DNA of 42,242 bases, taken from the NCBI GenBank assembly GCA_900617105.1, contig UYFQ01000465.1:1-42242 (forward strand), in the 5' to 3' direction. Within the stretch, counting starts at the first letter, position 1; each line of letters opens with the position of its first letter. Positions 12,751 through 25,485 of this stretch are shown here, piece by piece. The position numbers and the translations under genes were made by a program. This stretch comes from Hydrurus foetidus (Eukaryota). The notes beneath the pieces are model-generated. The model saw only the letters and a list, made by a program, of their open reading frames with translations, ran no database searches and was not told where the DNA came from.

Positions 12751-13278
12751 GGACCAAGACAGTCAAAGCACCTGGTTGATAGCAGTGATTCGTTTAGAAC
12801 ACACTTTGCTTTCAGCTAGTCAACCAAAGTTGCTCCAACAGCTCACTCTAGTGTAGGTATAATGGCACACAGCCATATAGTCTCTTTTAATTAGAAGTGC
12901 TCATTGTGTCAAAACATAGCAGTTCATGGCTAGCTATACTAGCTACAGTTGGCTGTTCACAGTCATCATCAGTTGCAACTTTCAGTACAGTTCGAGTGAT
13001 GGTCTCGGGTCTGTGAGCGCTACCCTCGCTCCTCCGCTTGGGCTTGAATGATATTACCCAAAGGGAATTCCCCCAAAGGGATTGTCCCCATAGGGATAGC
13101 TATGCTATATCCAACACACGTGTCAAATATATTGTGGAGGTGAGAAAAAGTGGGTTGATGATTTTCTGCAACCCGAAGAACACATCAATAAGCTCTACTC
13201 AATATAACTCTGTCCTGTCACAGCAACTGCATCGATAAACATTTCAATCACCCATAGTGGCGAAGTGGCATCAACAAG

Positions 13279-14130
13279 ATGATGAATCTCACAGCAACAA
13301 TTCTCGTCATGGCGGCGCTCTGCGCCATATCTGCTGCAATGCCTTCAATCTCTGTGGTTGCAAGCATTAAGGGCAAGAAATACGACATATCCGAAGTAGA
13401 AACAGTTGAGGATTTCATTTTGAAAGCAGAGAATGTCGCAGGAATTGAAGCGGGGCAGTCATCAGTATTATTCAGAGGCAAAGTCCTCACTGCTAGTGAC
13501 AAACTTGAGGACATAGGCGTCGCAGCTGGGGATGTTTTAATGGTTGTGAAAGGTAGAAAACAACGTGCAACAAGACCTGATTCCATGGAGGATGCGATGG
13601 CGAGTAGTAGTTTATCTAATGGCTATGAAAATGCGATGGATATGAATTCCGATGCGGTCAAAGAGGCCATGAAAGGGTCAAATCCGGAGGATATCCAGAA
13701 AGCCATGAAAGCCATGGACAACTTGCTAGACTCTAATTTCGTCGAAGAATATTTCTCCGATGATGAGCGCCTAGAAGCTGCCCGTCTACAGATGCTCGAG
13801 AATGTAGATCAGTACGAAAGTCAAATGCCAGGTTTCAAGGAACAGGCACTCGCAATAGCTCAGGATCCTGTGAAGTGGAAGGAAGCCATGTTACAAGCGA
13901 AAGAACAAATTACTAAACTGAAAGTGCAAAGGGACGCCATGAGGGGCAGTAAACCAGAAGGCGGGGCTGCAGCAGCGGAGTCCAACAGGTAATATTGTGC
14001 TTCCGCAAACTTTTGAAAAATCAGTCGCTTCTGCGTCCGAGCTAGCTCATGAGAAACACTTTTCTGAAATATTGGACAAATTTCATACAGCGTGGACGAC
14101 ACTGACATGGCGGAAGAGGACGACGAGTAA
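13279..14130 (+). CDS. Signal-peptide ubiquitin-like domain protein with STI1-like helical C-terminus (ubiquilin-like; 2 exons)
   Basis: Hydrophobic N-terminus ending ISAA. UBL motif VLFRGKVLTASDKLEDIGVAAGDVLMVV. Intron 13989-14090 gives the C-terminus SVDDTDMAEEDDE*. Confidence 0.85.
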
Positions 14131-14693
14131 GTCTGTCGAGAAGGTCTCGGACGGTCGATGGAGGCCTCAGTCGATGAGCTCGCTATTAATTTTCACTTTT
14201 CGAGTTATTGTTCCTCCGCTTATCGGACCACCCCGAGTTTTCCAGCTAGTAAGTTTACATGTCGTAGCGCACATCATGTTTTAAAACTATGGACTGAATA
14301 AAGAAGAAAACAGAAGCACCATCGCGAACTTTGTTAAATAAAAGTCAACACATTTGTGACACGAGCTATATCAGCGGCACATGATATTAAATACCCGTAA
14401 AGTAGTAGGAGAGTTCGAAGTATCAACACCATCATCACTGTGAGCATTCTATGGCGACAATTTCACAAGCGACACATTTTGGAATCCTCATATATCTCCG
14501 ATGATCTCCTTCAGAGGTTGCAGCGATGCAGACGCCCTCCCCCATGATCACTCCGTTCTGCGGCACGTCGAACAGCCAGAATTTCTCGACCAAAAGTTGG
14601 ACTTCAATGGTTGGCTAACATACGTCCGCATGGTACGAAAATAGAGAATATAAATACCTCCAGGTTTTTAAGCGACGTGAATTACTCAGTGAT

Positions 14694-15248
14694 TCATTCA
14701 TCAGAGACCTCAATAATAGCTTCGATTTCAACAGGCACTCCGAAAGGTAGGATGTTTGCCCCGAGAGATGATCGCGCATGACGACCAACTTCAACACCGA
14801 AAACGGCACCCATAAGGTCAGAACAGCCGTTCATAACTTGCGCCTGACTGCTAAAATCGTTTGTGCTGTTCACAAATCCCACAAGCTTAACAACTTTCTT
14901 CACTTTATCAAGATCGCCGACAGCTGCTTTGATCGTTGCCAGAATTTGGAGCCCGGCAATCCGGGCTGCAACTTGACCTTGTTCAATTGTGTAGTTCTCT
15001 CCGAGACGGCCCACGAGGAGTGGCCGACCATCAGATGGTGGAGGTAAAGGTAGATGTCCGGCAAGGTAGAGCATATTTCCACTACGGGTATAAGTCATAT
15101 AATTGCCCTGGGGGGCTGGTGGTAACGGAGGAAGCTCGTAACCAAGGGCAATTATACGCGCCTCGACATGGACATATCGGGCAGCTGAGACAGTAGTTGA
15201 CTGATGTATCAGCTTCGCAAAATTTAAACGCTTGCACAACATTACCAT
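14694..15248 (-). CDS. Rid/YjgF/YER057c/UK114 family protein with probable mitochondrial presequence
   Basis: LYLAGHLP, VVKLVGFVNS, VMNGCSDL, GRHARSSLG..LPFGVPVEIE. First ATG is at 15248. Confidence 0.92.
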   Translation of the reverse strand: MVMLCKRLNFAKLIHQSTTVSAARYVHVEARIIALGYELPPLPPAPQGNYMTYTRSGNMLYLAGHLPLPPPSDGRPLLVGRLGENYTIEQGQVAARIAGLQILATIKAAVGDLDKVKKVVKLVGFVNSTNDFSSQAQVMNGCSDLMGAVFGVEVGRHARSSLGANILPFGVPVEIEAIIEVSDE

Positions 15249-15624
15249 TTGGTCGAGATACCCACCGCAAGAAATTGACTTTTCGTTGGTTACTGTCACG
15301 AGCTGCAATCTGGAATCTTATGCACTTCGACTTCGCACGGAAGACAAAATATTGGACCATACGACAACAGTGTGAAGGTGAAGGAAGGGTACTTGAAGCT
15401 AACCATGATTTTTCAGCGTTTTTCACTTTTTCACACACTTCGACTTCAACACAACACTTCTGATTTTGGAAAGCCATGAAAACATTCTAAGCCTCAATCA
15501 ATTTTAACTCTCAAAATCATTATCCGCTGGTTTATACTGAGCAATAAATGAGATCAGCGTAGGACAAGGGATTTGTGCAGGTGTGCTTTAGCTCGCACGG
15601 TAGTTATCCAGAAGTAACTTCGAC

Positions 15625-17963
15625 ATGGACGTGTCTCAGAGCGAAATCAGCATAATTCTTAGGGTGGGACTAATGATGGAGAAAGCTGTTGCATCACTGA
15701 GCACAGAGAAGCCAAATGGAAATCAAGAGGCGCGAGATTGGTGAGATATTGTCCTATTGGCGAGAGCATGATTTCCCCTTTCTTACTCGAAGAAAAAAAA
15801 GTTGAAAGCAAAAACAAACTTTATTACAGGTGCGTCCGCAGCCTTACTCTCCTAGATCTTTTGAATTCTGCAGATCCTGCTAATTGCGTTGGAGAGGAAT
15901 TGTCGGTGAATAAGGAAGCATGCCTGCTTCAATTGATGACCGCAACAACAACGATTGAGAATATTCTAGTCAATTTATCTGCTGCAGACAAATCAGCACT
16001 AGAATATCGTGAACAATACACAGTACAACTTAAGAGAGGCATCAAAGAAAGCCGTAACGCAGTTTTGTCAGAAAATATAGATAGTAAAAGCACTGCGGTC
16101 AGTAAAACAGCTCCAATCTCATTTAACGAAGTTGTGGGAAACACGGAGGCCAAACAAGCACTGTACGAAAATGTGATCTTGCCATTGACTATCAGTGATT
16201 TAACGAAAGCCAGAGTGTTCTCAGGTAGTGATTGCGTCAATAATATCGTTCTCTGGATGCGATCTGATTTACATCATCTTACTTGTAGGAATTCGAGCTG
16301 GTAGCGGCAATGTGATGCTCTATGGTCCCGCGGGAACAGGGAAAACCATTATGTGTCAGGCGACAGCATTTGAGGCCAGGGCAGAACTGATCATAGGTAT
16401 TCCTTATGAATTATGAAGTTGAACAGCGATCTGACGTGCCTATCGCGAATACAATTCGACAGTGCGACCATCGGATGTGCTTAGCAAGTATCACGGAGAG
16501 AGTGAGCGTTATCTGCGGGGCGTATTTGAGAAGGCCAGAACGATTCCTAGAGCGATAATTTTCTTCGACGGTAACCTGTAACTAGACATAATACTGTTTT
16601 CTGTCGTTCGCTCAAAGCTGATTCACATCGTTAACAGTACGTGCTCCAATAATTGGAGGGTAGAATTCGATGCAATCGCGGCGGCTCGGGGCGACATGGA
16701 CGACAGCATGTCCAGCAGGAGACTTCTTGCTGAGCTCCTCCTGCAGCTGACGGAGCAGAAGCAGATCCAAGCGCAAGAAGCTAAAGCTCTCGCGTTTAAA
16801 CTAGCGCATTCTCCTCATCGTTCTGAATCGCAAATTCTGAGACGCAGCTTTGACAGAGAGGACGAGAATACGGGTGAGTAATTCGTCCCATACCCTTCCC
16901 TTCCCTTCCCACACGATTTATGCAGTCGGCAACTTCTCTTCATTTCGATTTATCCAGGGGCCTCCAGGAAGTGCCGCAGAACGGTGCAGAACGCTAGGCG
17001 ATATGTGCCTGCTCAAGATTGCAGCCGCAGTCACATCTGCGTTGACATTGAGGCGGAGCAGTCGGAGAATCAGAAGACCAAAATGCACCCCACCCTGACA
17101 GGAGAGCAGAGGCGAGAGGGGTGCATGGAGATGGAGACCAGAAGCGATGAGGGTTTCGAGGAGGGAGAGGGAGGCCACGGTGTCGTGGTGATCGCAGCCA
17201 CCAACAGGCTGGAGGATATCGACCCTGCGGTGGTGAGGCGGTTCGAGTCCAGGGTCTACGTGGGTGTGCCGGACCATGACACTAGAGTTGTGATGATCGC
17301 CACTTTCATCAGGTGACACCAACTTCTCATGCGATCAAGACGATGTGAAGCATTGCTGCGTCTACTGTCGCTTTAAAGATGGTGTCACTTACCACATAGA
17401 GGGTTGGAGTCACAGCTGACCGATCAAGACTTAGATGCTATTTCCAGCAGTACAGCAGGATGGTCGGGATCTGAAATAGAGGTTAGTGTGTAAGAGTAGT
17501 GGAAGACAAGTCGAGTAACGCTGTCAGTTGCGAATCGCTTCGGCAATCTAATCTAACCGAGAGTGTTCTCGCAGACTCTGTGCAGGGAGGCAGCGATGGC
17601 GCCGGTGAGAGCTGTGTGGGGTTTTTGTCCCTCTGCTGCTGTCCCGGACACTCAGCACCCGCAGCTGCTTCTCTCCCCCTCGCGGCCCAGTCCCTCGAGC
17701 CCTGCGCAGAGCTACCTCAATGCAGTCAGCGCAGACCGAGTAATGGCTAAGGACCTCACAGAACCCATACGCGCCATCGTGTTGAACGATTTCTGTGAGT
17801 CAAGCAAATACGTTTCAATGGTTCCATATGGGCGACTTTCCTGTCCTCTATTTTCTCTCCCGTACGTTGTCTTATCTTCCGTCTCTCCTCTTCCTCTCTC
17901 CTCGTCTCAGATGCAGGCATCGATGTCATGATGAGGAGAGGCAGTGACGTGGTGGTTGCTTAG
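15625..17963 (+). CDS. Meiotic-clade AAA+ ATPase (katanin/spastin/fidgetin/VPS4-like), multi-exon; ends approximate
   Basis: ISFNEVVGNTEAKQALYENVILP. Walker A GPAGTGKT. SDVLSKYHGESERYL. Walker B IIFFD/EFD. VIAATNRLEDIDPAVVRRFE, GWSGSEIE, LCREAAMAPVR. Confidence 0.9.
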
Positions 17964-18439
17964 TATCCAATGAAGGGGCTGGCTCGTGTGAGGTTTCTGT
18001 GTTTACGATTCACAACTGCAAGTGAGATAGATAGTCAGCACAATTAAAAAAAGAAAATGGTTTCATGCTGTGCAGCAACAAACAGTAACAGCATTAGCAA
18101 TTTAAGAAATAATAGCAATTTAAGAAATGATTAAGTGGGCGGATGAGCGTCCAGAGTTTCAACAATTTATGAATTCAATAGCATGTAATGGCACGAAATA
18201 AGGGCATTATTTCCTTTCGTTCTCTTCCCTGTCGTGGCTGCATCCCTTGACACCATACTGGGCGAAAGAAATGTGAGGATGCGGAAAGAGCCTTGTAATC
18301 GGCTACTTCGGCACTGATGGAACAACTTAACAATGGTTCGCTATCTCCGGCTATCTCGTACGCTAAGCAAATTTGCTGCACTTAATCCGCAAGGGTGCAA
18401 CCCTTCAATCCACTATGTACTAAAGTGTGTTGTGTCAGT

Positions 18440-21400
18440 CTAGTGCTGCGCTCTGTCTTGGTCCCATGTCAGTTCGTTGGCCCAAGGGGCAGCAGCAGCT
18501 CCTACGCGCTGCTGTGCGATGGGATTGGATCGCAGGTGTCGCGTCTGGACGGGTTGAGGGTCATCTCGATGACTGCGCTGTCGCATCATGTCGTTAGAGA
18601 GTTGCTCCCTCTCTCTCTGCTCGGCCTCCCGCTGCTGCTGCTGCCACTGGCTCTGCTCCCTCTGTCGCTGCTGGAGATAGAGCTGTTCCTGGTCATACTC
18701 CAACTTGTGCAGCTGCTGGATGGACATCCTCGGCTTGTGCAGCATGAACGCGTCAGGCACAATTGACGACTGGTGGCCGCTGCTACGATGCAACTCACCC
18801 CACGGTTGCAGCTGATTTCTCTGTCGCTGGTCATGATCGAATGGCTGCTGCTGCTGATGCATAGACGTCCTCTGTCTAGACTGCTGCTGTGTCTGTCCGT
18901 GCTGATGATATTCCCCTCCCCCCTGCACGACATCGAGAGCACGGTAAGAGCCCGAGTCTGGTGCCCTATAGTCCCCGTATTCCCTCTGCTGATGATGCGC
19001 ATCAGGCCAGCTGCTGCTTCTACCATTTAATGGCTTATCACTGCTACTGCTTGATCTTTCGAAACTGTTGTCACTTCGGTTGTGGCCGGTGGTTCCGCTG
19101 CTGAGCACTTCTCTGAGAAGGGCATCCCCCCAGTCCACCTCCGCACCTGCACCTGCATCCAAGCATGATGTGGGTCTCCCTCCCCTTCCCGACCCCGATC
19201 TCGATCTCGATCTGAACCCCGATCCCGATGGACAGCTGTCCATGCCATCACGTTGCTGCGGCCCCTCGGGACTGACTCTTCCTTGGAGTTGGGGCCTCGA
19301 GTCTGAGAATTCCTGTCGAGCAGCTGAAGTCACAGTCTGTGGTTGCGCTCGAGGCGATGCACCGACTCCTTGCATCTCTCTTCCGGCAGTTTTCCTCGTG
19401 GAATGGGAGGGCTCTCCTCCGAATGCAGCGGGGGTCTGCGGGCATAATTGAGCACTACGCGGCCTACACACGACATGGTCTACATCTTCTGCCACACTGT
19501 TAGACGCCCTCAAGTTGCTGTGCGGCACTTGATCCCCACTAGCTTCCTTCAAGCCCTCCCTCCTCCTTGCCTCCATGTGCTTGGACCGGAGGATGATGGC
19601 CTGGTGGCTCTGAATCTGCTTCGAGAGCGACAGGGCCTCTGTGGTAGAGATGCCGTGCTCTCGGAGAGCCGCCTCAAGTCTCGCTATCTCCATGGCGTGC
19701 ACAGACTCCTTCGAGTCGGCCTCCCCTGGCGAAGATCGCGGACTGCGCTCCGGGTCCCTCCCCGGGTGCTGCTCACTGGACCGGCCAATCTTTTTCAGCA
19801 GAGCTGCCCTCTTGTCGGCATCCAACTTGTCCCTGGCTGCCTTCGCTTGCTCCTGTCGGGTCTTGCGGGTGAGCGCGGTCTGCTCCACTGTCGCTGCTGC
19901 ACTGGCAGCCGCAGCAGCTGCTGACCTTCTCTTCGTCGCCGTGTCAGCGTCACATCGGTTGCCTTCATTCAGCGCAGAGTCGATCAGTTGCAGAGCTGCA
20001 GTGAACGCATCGGAGGGAGAAGGAGAAGGCGAAGGCGAGGTAAGCGGTGTCAGTGGCTTTCTGATGGAACTACTCGGTCGGGATTTCACACTCATGGAAG
20101 CCTGATCCACTTCGCGCTGCAGAGTTTCACTCCGCCCCTCGGACTCCATAGCCCTTTCAGCGGATGGTCTACGACCTGGCCGGGAGTCTTTCGAAGCAAG
20201 AGATGACGATGAGGACGGCTTCGATAGTCTAGGATGTTCCGCCTCCCCTTTAGGGGGTGAGGGCAGTAAGAGGTCGTCAGTCTTGCTGGGTGGCAGCGCA
20301 GCGCTGATTTCCAGTGCGCTGAATCCGTTGAGCTTCATGAGAGTCGCCAGCTGCCTCTTGAGTAGCGCTTCAGGCACTGTCTGAGAGGCGCTGTACACTG
20401 ACTCGTGCAGCTCCCTGAACAGCTCCCTCTTCTGCTGTTTGGCTAGCGCCTCCATCTCCCTCTCCCTCGCTCTCTCCCTTTCCTTCGCTCTTTCTTCCTC
20501 TTTCTCTCTCCCGCTGTCCAGCTGAGCGGTGCCATGTGACTGCACCCCGCTTCCTCCATAGCGATTGCAATGAGTCTCAGGTGGTGCACGATTATCGCTC
20601 ACTTCCCAACGCGACGATCCATCGGATGCGCCCTCTTTTGCTCCATCGACATCAGACAGCACTGGACGCCCTCTGCGCAACCGCATCTGCTGCCTGCGGT
20701 CGTTGCCCAGTGTTTCCCTGGAGGCAGCGAGCAGAACTTTGCAGTCTGGACCGAGCTTCGCGAACATTTTCTTCTCGGAAGCTCTCCTGCTCTTGGCTCT
20801 CTGTCGCTCTGTGGTTTCAGGCATTTGGCTCTCAACAAGCTGAACACCGTTGCCGTTGCTAGTTCTCGCATCGACATCCTTCCCAGTGCTCTTCTTAACA
20901 GCCATATTCTTCCTGGCCACATCTGTAACGTCCACCTCGCCACACTCCTCTCGCTCGACAGTACCACCGGTAATGAATCTAGTCTCAATGGCGGCAGATG
21001 GAGCGCTGTTAGAGTTAATTTCCTGTTGCCCATCCATGATGCAAGCGTGTCTGAGGGTGTTCAGGGAGTGCTCTGTGTCTTTGCTGGCCGGAGACACAGT
21101 CGCGATGATGAGAGTTCTCGCAGAGGGAAAGAGGAAGCTCGCTTTGAGTGCCATGGTCAGCTTGCTCTTCCTGTATTGGTGACTTGCATTCTGTCCTGCT
21201 GCCCTGGCCCTGATGCACTCCTTGAGGGCCATCAGGGAAGCATTGATGCACGCCCCCTCCTTCCTCCTATCTGCGCTGTGGTACATGGAGTCGATACGGT
21301 GCTCAGATCCCGCGAGATCCACTAGGGTCAGCACCCCCTCCGGCCGCATTGCGCCGTCCGTCGAACTTTCCTCTCCGTCCTTCCCTGCTCCACCTCGCTG

Positions 21401-22347
21401 CACATAGATACGCAGAATAGCGTGACTTCTGCTCGACGAATCATGCACTCCAGTTGCAGCTGCATGTGGTGTACGAAAGAGATCAGCTAGATTTTCATGC
21501 AATGTATTCCACAGTCATAGCTGAGCATTCAAAATCTGGAGAGAATTAGGCAGGAGAAAAGAGGACAGGACAGAATTGCGACCTCACCAGTAGAACGAAC
21601 TCCGAAACCGTGAGCAATCATTGCTGCAAGCTCTTCAGCGCAGCTGACCTCAGGCTCAACAACTGGAAATGCGTGCACAGATCCATCGACCCCAGAGAGT
21701 AGCTGGGCAGGATTGAAGCCATTCAGGAGGTCGAAGCAATTGTCACCTGCCAGCTCGATAAAAGAAACAGACACAACTGAAGGAGCGTCGTATCTGCTCC
21801 CTACGGAGTCTAACTGAGCAAACACATCCTCTGCAGCTTGGATATAGATCGAGCTCATTGAGAAAGTCTTCCCGCTTCCTGTCTGTCCGTACACGAGACA
21901 TGTGCAGTAACCACCTTCCACGACAGCGAATCTTGTCAAAGGTGCGACAGCTGACTTGTACACCTCATCGTTATTTGTTTTCTCGTCGAAAACTTTGTCA
22001 AAGACAAACTGGTGATGATTCATGAAGTGCCTTCTCATATCTGTGTGCATTCTTCCATCGTGGACAACAGCTATCCGACCCTCAATGGCGCTGACTACGT
22101 CAAACTCGTAATCCTCGATTTCGTGCTTAAATATTGGCCTCTTTCTAACACATACTCTAATGTTCTGATCGCTCTCTGTTGCCCAGCTGATATCTCTGGC
22201 TGGTGAGGCTAGATCGTCTATGCCGGGAGTTCCATCTTTTCTGCGCTTGCGGTAAGAACTTATCGTTCTCATGAAAACACTCCTGTACTCGCGTCTCGCA
22301 GTTCGCTTATCCATGTTACGGATAGGATTCGATTCATTGTTACCCAT
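18440..22347 (-). CDS. Kinesin-13-like (KIF2/KIF24-type) motor with long low-complexity tail; intron 21460-21587
   Basis: IRVCVRKRP, FVFDKVFDE, GQTGSGKT, SSRSHA, LVDLAGSE, INASLMALKECIRA, HSLNTLRHA. Confidence 0.93.
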
Positions 22348-23086
22348 TCTCTAGTTTTCTTCAGATGCTTCCTATTCAGCACCTCAGAATAATAGAATGA
22401 CTTCTCAAGGCTACTTGTCACTGTAATATCGGCATCTGCATTGGCGACGTAAAGTAGTTAGAGGTCATGCTCTCTTCTGGCACAGAATTTGACCAATCTA
22501 AATTCATCGCAGCTCACAGAGCCAGAAGTCAGTGTCAACAAACCCATTCTGTCATTGACAACACCGAGAGATTGAGTCACACTAAACACGATCGATCTAT
22601 CTCACATCTCAAGCACGTCTCTACCCCCCCATGTGATTTGAATCGGTTGCTAGACCCAAATTTGACCGAAAGCGTTTTAGTAAAAAAATAGGGATTTCGT
22701 GAAGTCGATAATGGAACCACAAGAGTTTAAATCTTTATTTCTAACGAATGTCTTGTTGGGATAAAATGCGTCAAGTGATATGTTTATGAAATACCCAGGT
22801 ACCTAAAAATCTGGACAATTTGATTAGTTTTTAACACTTTAAAATTTTGAATTCAAAAACAGCACTACCACATTACTTTAGAGAAATTTTCAAGATATTT
22901 TCTTGGACCTACCGTAACCGAGAGGAGTCTTTGAAGTCGAGAGGAGTATTTTGAGAGCACTGGGTTCCCAACCCCAACCCTCTCACCACTCATTAGATTT
23001 CTCACAATCATGGCGAGAGAAATGCCGGTGGCACCGCACCATCACTGTGTGAGTTGCCTGAAATGAGAGTATATAGCACGTTATTA

Positions 23087-23627
23087 AGTCTGAGTCTCTG
23101 TCATCGTGTGCATAGAGGAGGGGATGAGCGGTCGAGGGGAATGGAAATGAATGCGAAACATTAAGGGGTTGTGAGATGTTATGCACTGCATACGATCTAC
23201 ACTATTTCCACACGTTGGCAAATTTTGATCCTCAACGCGAACATAGCGAATACATACGGCATAGACTACGGTAAAGGAAGGGACCAGGTCCGCATGTCGG
23301 CACACGTGGTGTTGCTTGTCCTAGCTGACACCCCGAATGTTCAAACTTCAATATTCTAGTCTGAGTCTCTGTCATCGTGTGCATAGAGGAGGGGATGAGC
23401 GGTCGAGGGGAATGGAAATGAATGCGAAACATTAAGGGGTTGTGAGATGTTATGCACTGCATACGATCTACACTATTTCCACACGTTGGCAAATTTTGAT
23501 CCTCAACGCGAACATAGCGAATACATACGGCATAGACTACGGTAAAGGAAGGGACCAGGTCCGCATGTCGGCACACGTGGTGTTGCTTGTCCTAGCTGAC
23601 ACCCCGAATGTTCAAACTTCAATATTC
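23087..23627. repeat. Perfect tandem duplication, period 271 bp
   Basis: 23087-23356 matches 23358-23627, which produces duplicated spurious ORFs. Confidence 0.95.
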
Positions 23628-23757
23628 AATATCGGACAACATCTCGATCTTGCTTTCATGTATCGACACCAGCCATATTTGAAATCGATATACCGCACGA
23701 CTATCCTCAACGCCCCATCAGCTGCATCTCGAAGCCACTACAGCAAATTACGACGAA

Positions 23758-24475
23758 ATGGCAGGCATTGGACTCACAGAAAATTCTTTTCGAAGCATGG
23801 AGCAGTCATATCAAGCCATACTTGGGCCTGAAGTTAGGCAAGAAGCAATCGAAGTCCAGAAGGCGAAGAGGGTGCTAGGTTTCTCTGCGCTAATCTTCCT
23901 CATCTTCACCTGCGGAATATTTGTTTTGGCGGGAAATTCGGAAAGGGGAGTGGTTCTAAAAGCATCAAGTGAGGCTTTTCTAGCGGGGAAATGTTCCCCT
24001 TGCACTTTCATTCAGTGCAAGGCCGACCTATGCGATGCAATCCAAGATCCCTACCAGTGCACCAAAGGAGCTGCACTGAATGGGTGCAGCGTGAAGGAGG
24101 AGACATGGTCCCTGTCCGGCGTTTGCGACGAATGCTGCTCGGCAATTGACTGTGCGGAGACAATTGCTGCTGGAGATAACGATGACAAAGTCGCACCATG
24201 TGGTGATTGCACGGAGGATCAATGTGAAGCCCTTGCTCTCGTGTCGACTCAGATGTGTTACAAATCAGCCCCCTACGTCTGCGTCGAGGGCTCTTCGAGG
24301 ATGGGATGCAGCGCCGACCCATATCACTGGCCAGCGATGGCCGAAACCCAATGCAGGTATGAAATAGTATTCACGAATTTCAAAACAGCTTTCTCCACTA
24401 CCAACGTTAGCTTTTCTCTCATTACCAATCTCCTTTCTTTCCAGCGAATGCTGCAACCAACTCGCATGCGCCTGA
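23758..24475 (+). CDS. Type II membrane/secreted protein with two Cys-rich repeats (2 exons)
   Basis: TM segment VLGFSALIFLIFTCGIFVLA. Intron 24357-24444 restores CSECCNQLACA*, completing the second repeat. Confidence 0.85.
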
Positions 24476-25333
24476 AGCACTTTCGAAGACGACCGAGAAT
24501 CTTTTCCTGGAAAGAGTGCGCCCAGAGCAGATTTTCGATCAAGACACACAGGACTGGACTATAGAAGCTAGAAGTTGTCCGGTGACCTGATGTGCACTTC
24601 GTTTCTCAACCTGTCCGAACGATACGAGTTCTTCGTGGTTTCTATATTTCTTGTCAGAAGCATCATAGATATCTTCCACGGTACTTAATTCGAATACAAC
24701 TGCTTATAACAGCAAGACACCATACATAATTAACCGCGCGAGTTCGTTCGATCCCTTTTTCTCACTTCTAGAATCACGATCTCCGTGAACAACACTCTCT
24801 GAAGCGAACGACACACGACGCACCTACGACGTAGAAACAACACTATTGCCAGAGTACGTCTATCAGCTCATGTTACTGAATCATGATTATCTTTACTGTT
24901 GTTACGGTTACAGTGACCGCGGTTATCGTTACTATCATTATTGTGTCGGTTATTTTGATAACGACAGATCAACAACTTCAATCTCCACAATATTCCATCT
25001 TGGCATGCTGCGGAAACACTCAATGTCGTTTTGTGCCCATCCGAACAACCTGTTCAAAGAGTGATCAGGACATCGAGATTTTGATCTAAGATGAGAGCGG
25101 TCTTGTTTATCGCTGACTACAATGAAAGTCCGATTTGACCAGTACACGCACGAAATAACGTTTTCGCTTTCCGGAGGTACTGCGTCCAATGTTAGGACAA
25201 TATCTCCTCATACTTTCTACAGTGTTGTCTTCAGTATTTCAGGGCGGGTGCGACAGTACAGCATCGGACGTCAGTTTTGAAAATCAAAATCGCACGCGTA
25301 CATACGCTCAATTCTCACTTTCAGTGCTGCATT

Positions 25334-25485
25334 CACCGTATTTTAAAAAACCAAAAAACCACGAGTTTTCATTTTCGGAAGTTTCGGAATGAGAAAACTG
25401 GGGAAACAGGCCTTTTTCTCAGTTTTCTCATTCCGAAACTTCCCGAAAATGAAAACTCGTGGGTATTTGGTTTTAGTTTTCGGTG
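25334..25485. mobile_element. ~150-bp fold-back palindrome (hairpin MITE-like)
   Basis: CCACGAGTTTTCATTTTCGGAAGTTTCGGAATGAGAAAACTG is mirrored around AGGCCT at 25408-25413. Confidence 0.75.

Noticed and set aside
13055..13100. CCC(A/T)AAGGG short repeats/hairpins as a possible Helitron end
   Set aside because: No CTRR terminus at the expected distance and no matching 5' end.
12751..13270. 3' LTR or RNase H of the Copia element
   Set aside because: No similarity to 5951-6863 and no RNase H motifs, so the element is truncated.
14437..14595. Minus-strand frame with RRYMRIPKCVACEIVAIEC, faintly ferredoxin-like
   Set aside because: Cys spacing is wrong, there is no supported start or splice, and it lies downstream of the Rid stop.
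18395..21407. Numerous + strand ORFs up to 251 aa
   Set aside because: Antisense shadows of the GC-rich kinesin CDS with no motifs.
22650..22912. AT-rich segment possibly a MITE; shares ACCCAGGTAC with ~41975
   Set aside because: The terminal inverted match is weak, there is no TSD, and a 10-bp match can be chance.
23084..23831. Duplicated small ORFs (MCRHADLV..., MRCYALHT...)
   Set aside because: By-products of the 271-bp tandem duplication.
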